Origin: Heptranchias perlo
Lineage: Eukaryota
Length of the DNA: 64,000 bases
Assembly (NCBI RefSeq): GCF_035084215.1
Contig: NC_090331.1
Location: 17,670,001-17,734,000 of the forward strand
Direction of reading: 5' to 3'
Positions 62,190 to 64,000 of the stretch are shown here, one piece after another (positions within the stretch are counted from its first letter, which is position 1; the number at the start of each line of letters is the position of its first letter). A program made the translations under genes and the position numbers. The notes under the pieces were generated by a model, which ran no database searches, was not told the DNA's origin, and saw nothing but the letters and a program-made list of their open reading frames with translations.

Positions 62190-62700
62190 AGTCTGCTTTG
62201 TAACCAATGATGTGTTTTTTATACAGTCTAATATCCCATTTGGTTTTATTAAAAGCAGCCAGACATTGGCTTGATGCCTTTAGGGATTAAGCCACTATGA
62301 CTCCCAGATCCCTTTCCTAATTCATCTTTGCCAGCATTTTCCTATTAATCTTATAAATCGTCTACTTATTTATATCCTAAGTTCATGGCTTTACACTTAT
62401 CCACTTTAAACTACATCTGCCAATTGTTGGCCCACTTCCCTAAATAGTCTAGGTACCCCTATAGCATGTCTCTATTTTCCCGCATATTAACCCTTGCTAT
62501 CTTGGTGTCATTTGTGGTTTTGAGATAAAGATACTAACAACCTCTTCCAGTTCATTTATGAATATGTTGGAGAGCACCAATCCTAATATTTCCCTGTGGG
62601 ACTCTCCTCAACCATTAACAGGTTCTGGAATCATTTCTTGTCTCTATTACCAAACCTGGACTTCCTCGACCGTCACTGGTCTTTTGATCACCATCAGACC
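62190..62700 (-). mobile_element. Old CR1 fragment
   Basis: The minus strand has WANNWQM, DDTKI-like and DLGVIV motifs. Confidence 0.6.
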
Positions 62701-64000
62701 TTGGGCCTTGTCTGCCACTCTATTACAGACTCGCATAGCTGTACATTAATAACCCAATTTGTTTATACAACCTACAGCAATTTGCCTGTCCACTACGTAT
62801 GCATTTTGGCTGCTGCCCTGGATCATAGTTTTCCTGCCTCATTTTTCTTGTCAATTGCCACCAGTCATCCTCTGGCCATCTCTCCTCCTCTTGTCCCATC
62901 ATCTAGTTCTTTGGTTTCTGTTATCAATTGCTTCCTATTTCTCGCTCTACTGTCTCATGCGTCAAATCAATCACACTACTCCGCTGACCTCCTTTCCTTC
63001 CACCACTTCAAGATTAAGTCCCTCCTGCATAGTCCATGGCTTCTCTTTGCTCTGCTCTTGGCATTGTCCACCACAGCTATTGCAGTTCCCACAACTGGCT
63101 CTCTCAACGCAGTAATCTGCACAGCCTCATTCTCCTAACCCAGTGTAAAATCAGTCCATCTCCTGCTCTGGGAGCAAACCTCTCCAATCTCCTCTCTGCT
63201 GCTTTCCTCTGTCCTCAACTGACCACTTCCATTGGTTTCCTACTGCCCATTAACTATGCTGAACATTTCGAGATTTCTGACTATTTGCTTACGGAAGGAG
63301 TTTGGTCTAATTTATATTAAAATGTTACTATTAACTGAAATTTAGCTCATTGGAATTAAATCCATAGAGCAGCCACATGCCGGGGGATGTGGATAGTTCT
63401 AGACGAATTAGTTGGAGAAGTGCACCAGGAATTTCCTCGGGGGTTCTCCTGATCGGCTGCAGTAACTTCGGCGGAAATCTCGGATACCTGGATAGACCTA
63501 AACGGGGTTTCCATCGATTTCCTGCTGAATTCATGGCGGACAATCAGGAGAGCCCCTGAATAAATTCTCCGCAATGGTGTTTCCCACATACCATTTCAGC
63601 TTGAGATAATGGAAGTAATTTAGACATTCCTGTAAACATCCGCACCCACTATATTAGGATGGCCTATTTATTTGAGGACAGCAGGGGGTAGTTGCAGGGA
63701 GCTCTCATCTAGGAGAGTGGTAGCTGTTAATTGGCAGCTTAGCTGTCCAATCCCAGACACAGAGAGCCGGGAGAGGGCGAAAGGCCAAATTCTTTGCTTC
63801 CTGTCCAGGTAGGAAATAAAAGGACAAAGGAACGTATGGCCTAGATCAGTGTGTAAGATCCGGTAAGAGAGACAGGCACAGGGGTGGTAGACAAAATCAT
63901 CGGCAGAGAGTCTGCGGAAGGAGGTCAGACACAGAATGTGAGAGCTGCTTGCTTAAGTTTAGTGCCAACTAGTTTCAGAGAGTTCGCTAGTCAAAAAGGT

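Noticed and set aside
62596-63138. 180-aa ORF
   Set aside because: Pyrimidine-rich low-complexity sequence with no domain; likely decayed repeat.

Overview
Eukaryotic (vertebrate) genomic DNA, most likely from a shark or other cartilaginous fish. This is inferred from the repeat repertoire: CR1/HER1-like and L2 LINEs, Deu-domain SINEs and Penelope-type termini. The window holds one host protein-coding gene, the two-exon inhibin/activin beta B gene (inhbb; CDS 26018-26414 joined to 29241-30016, 390 aa). It sits in a roughly 9 kb repeat-free, CpG-rich island. The rest is mostly transposable elements: many CR1 fragments (two young, near-identical copies flank the gene), L2 and another CR1-group LINE with their tail-sharing SINE partners, a PIF/Harbinger derivative nested in a CR1, several MITEs and an LF-SINE-like relic. 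The most striking structure is a set of short insertions flanked by target-site duplications (TSDs). They come from two unrelated Penelope-like families and carry minimal hammerhead ribozyme motifs, two of them arranged as ~100-bp fold-back palindromes, with compensatory base changes visible between copies. One also has a reiterated-synthesis junction. A cluster of miR-430/427/302-type seed sites lies in the putative inhbb 3' UTR. There is one 150-N assembly gap. Family names come from recalled consensus sequences, not database searches, and boundaries of old repeats are approximate.
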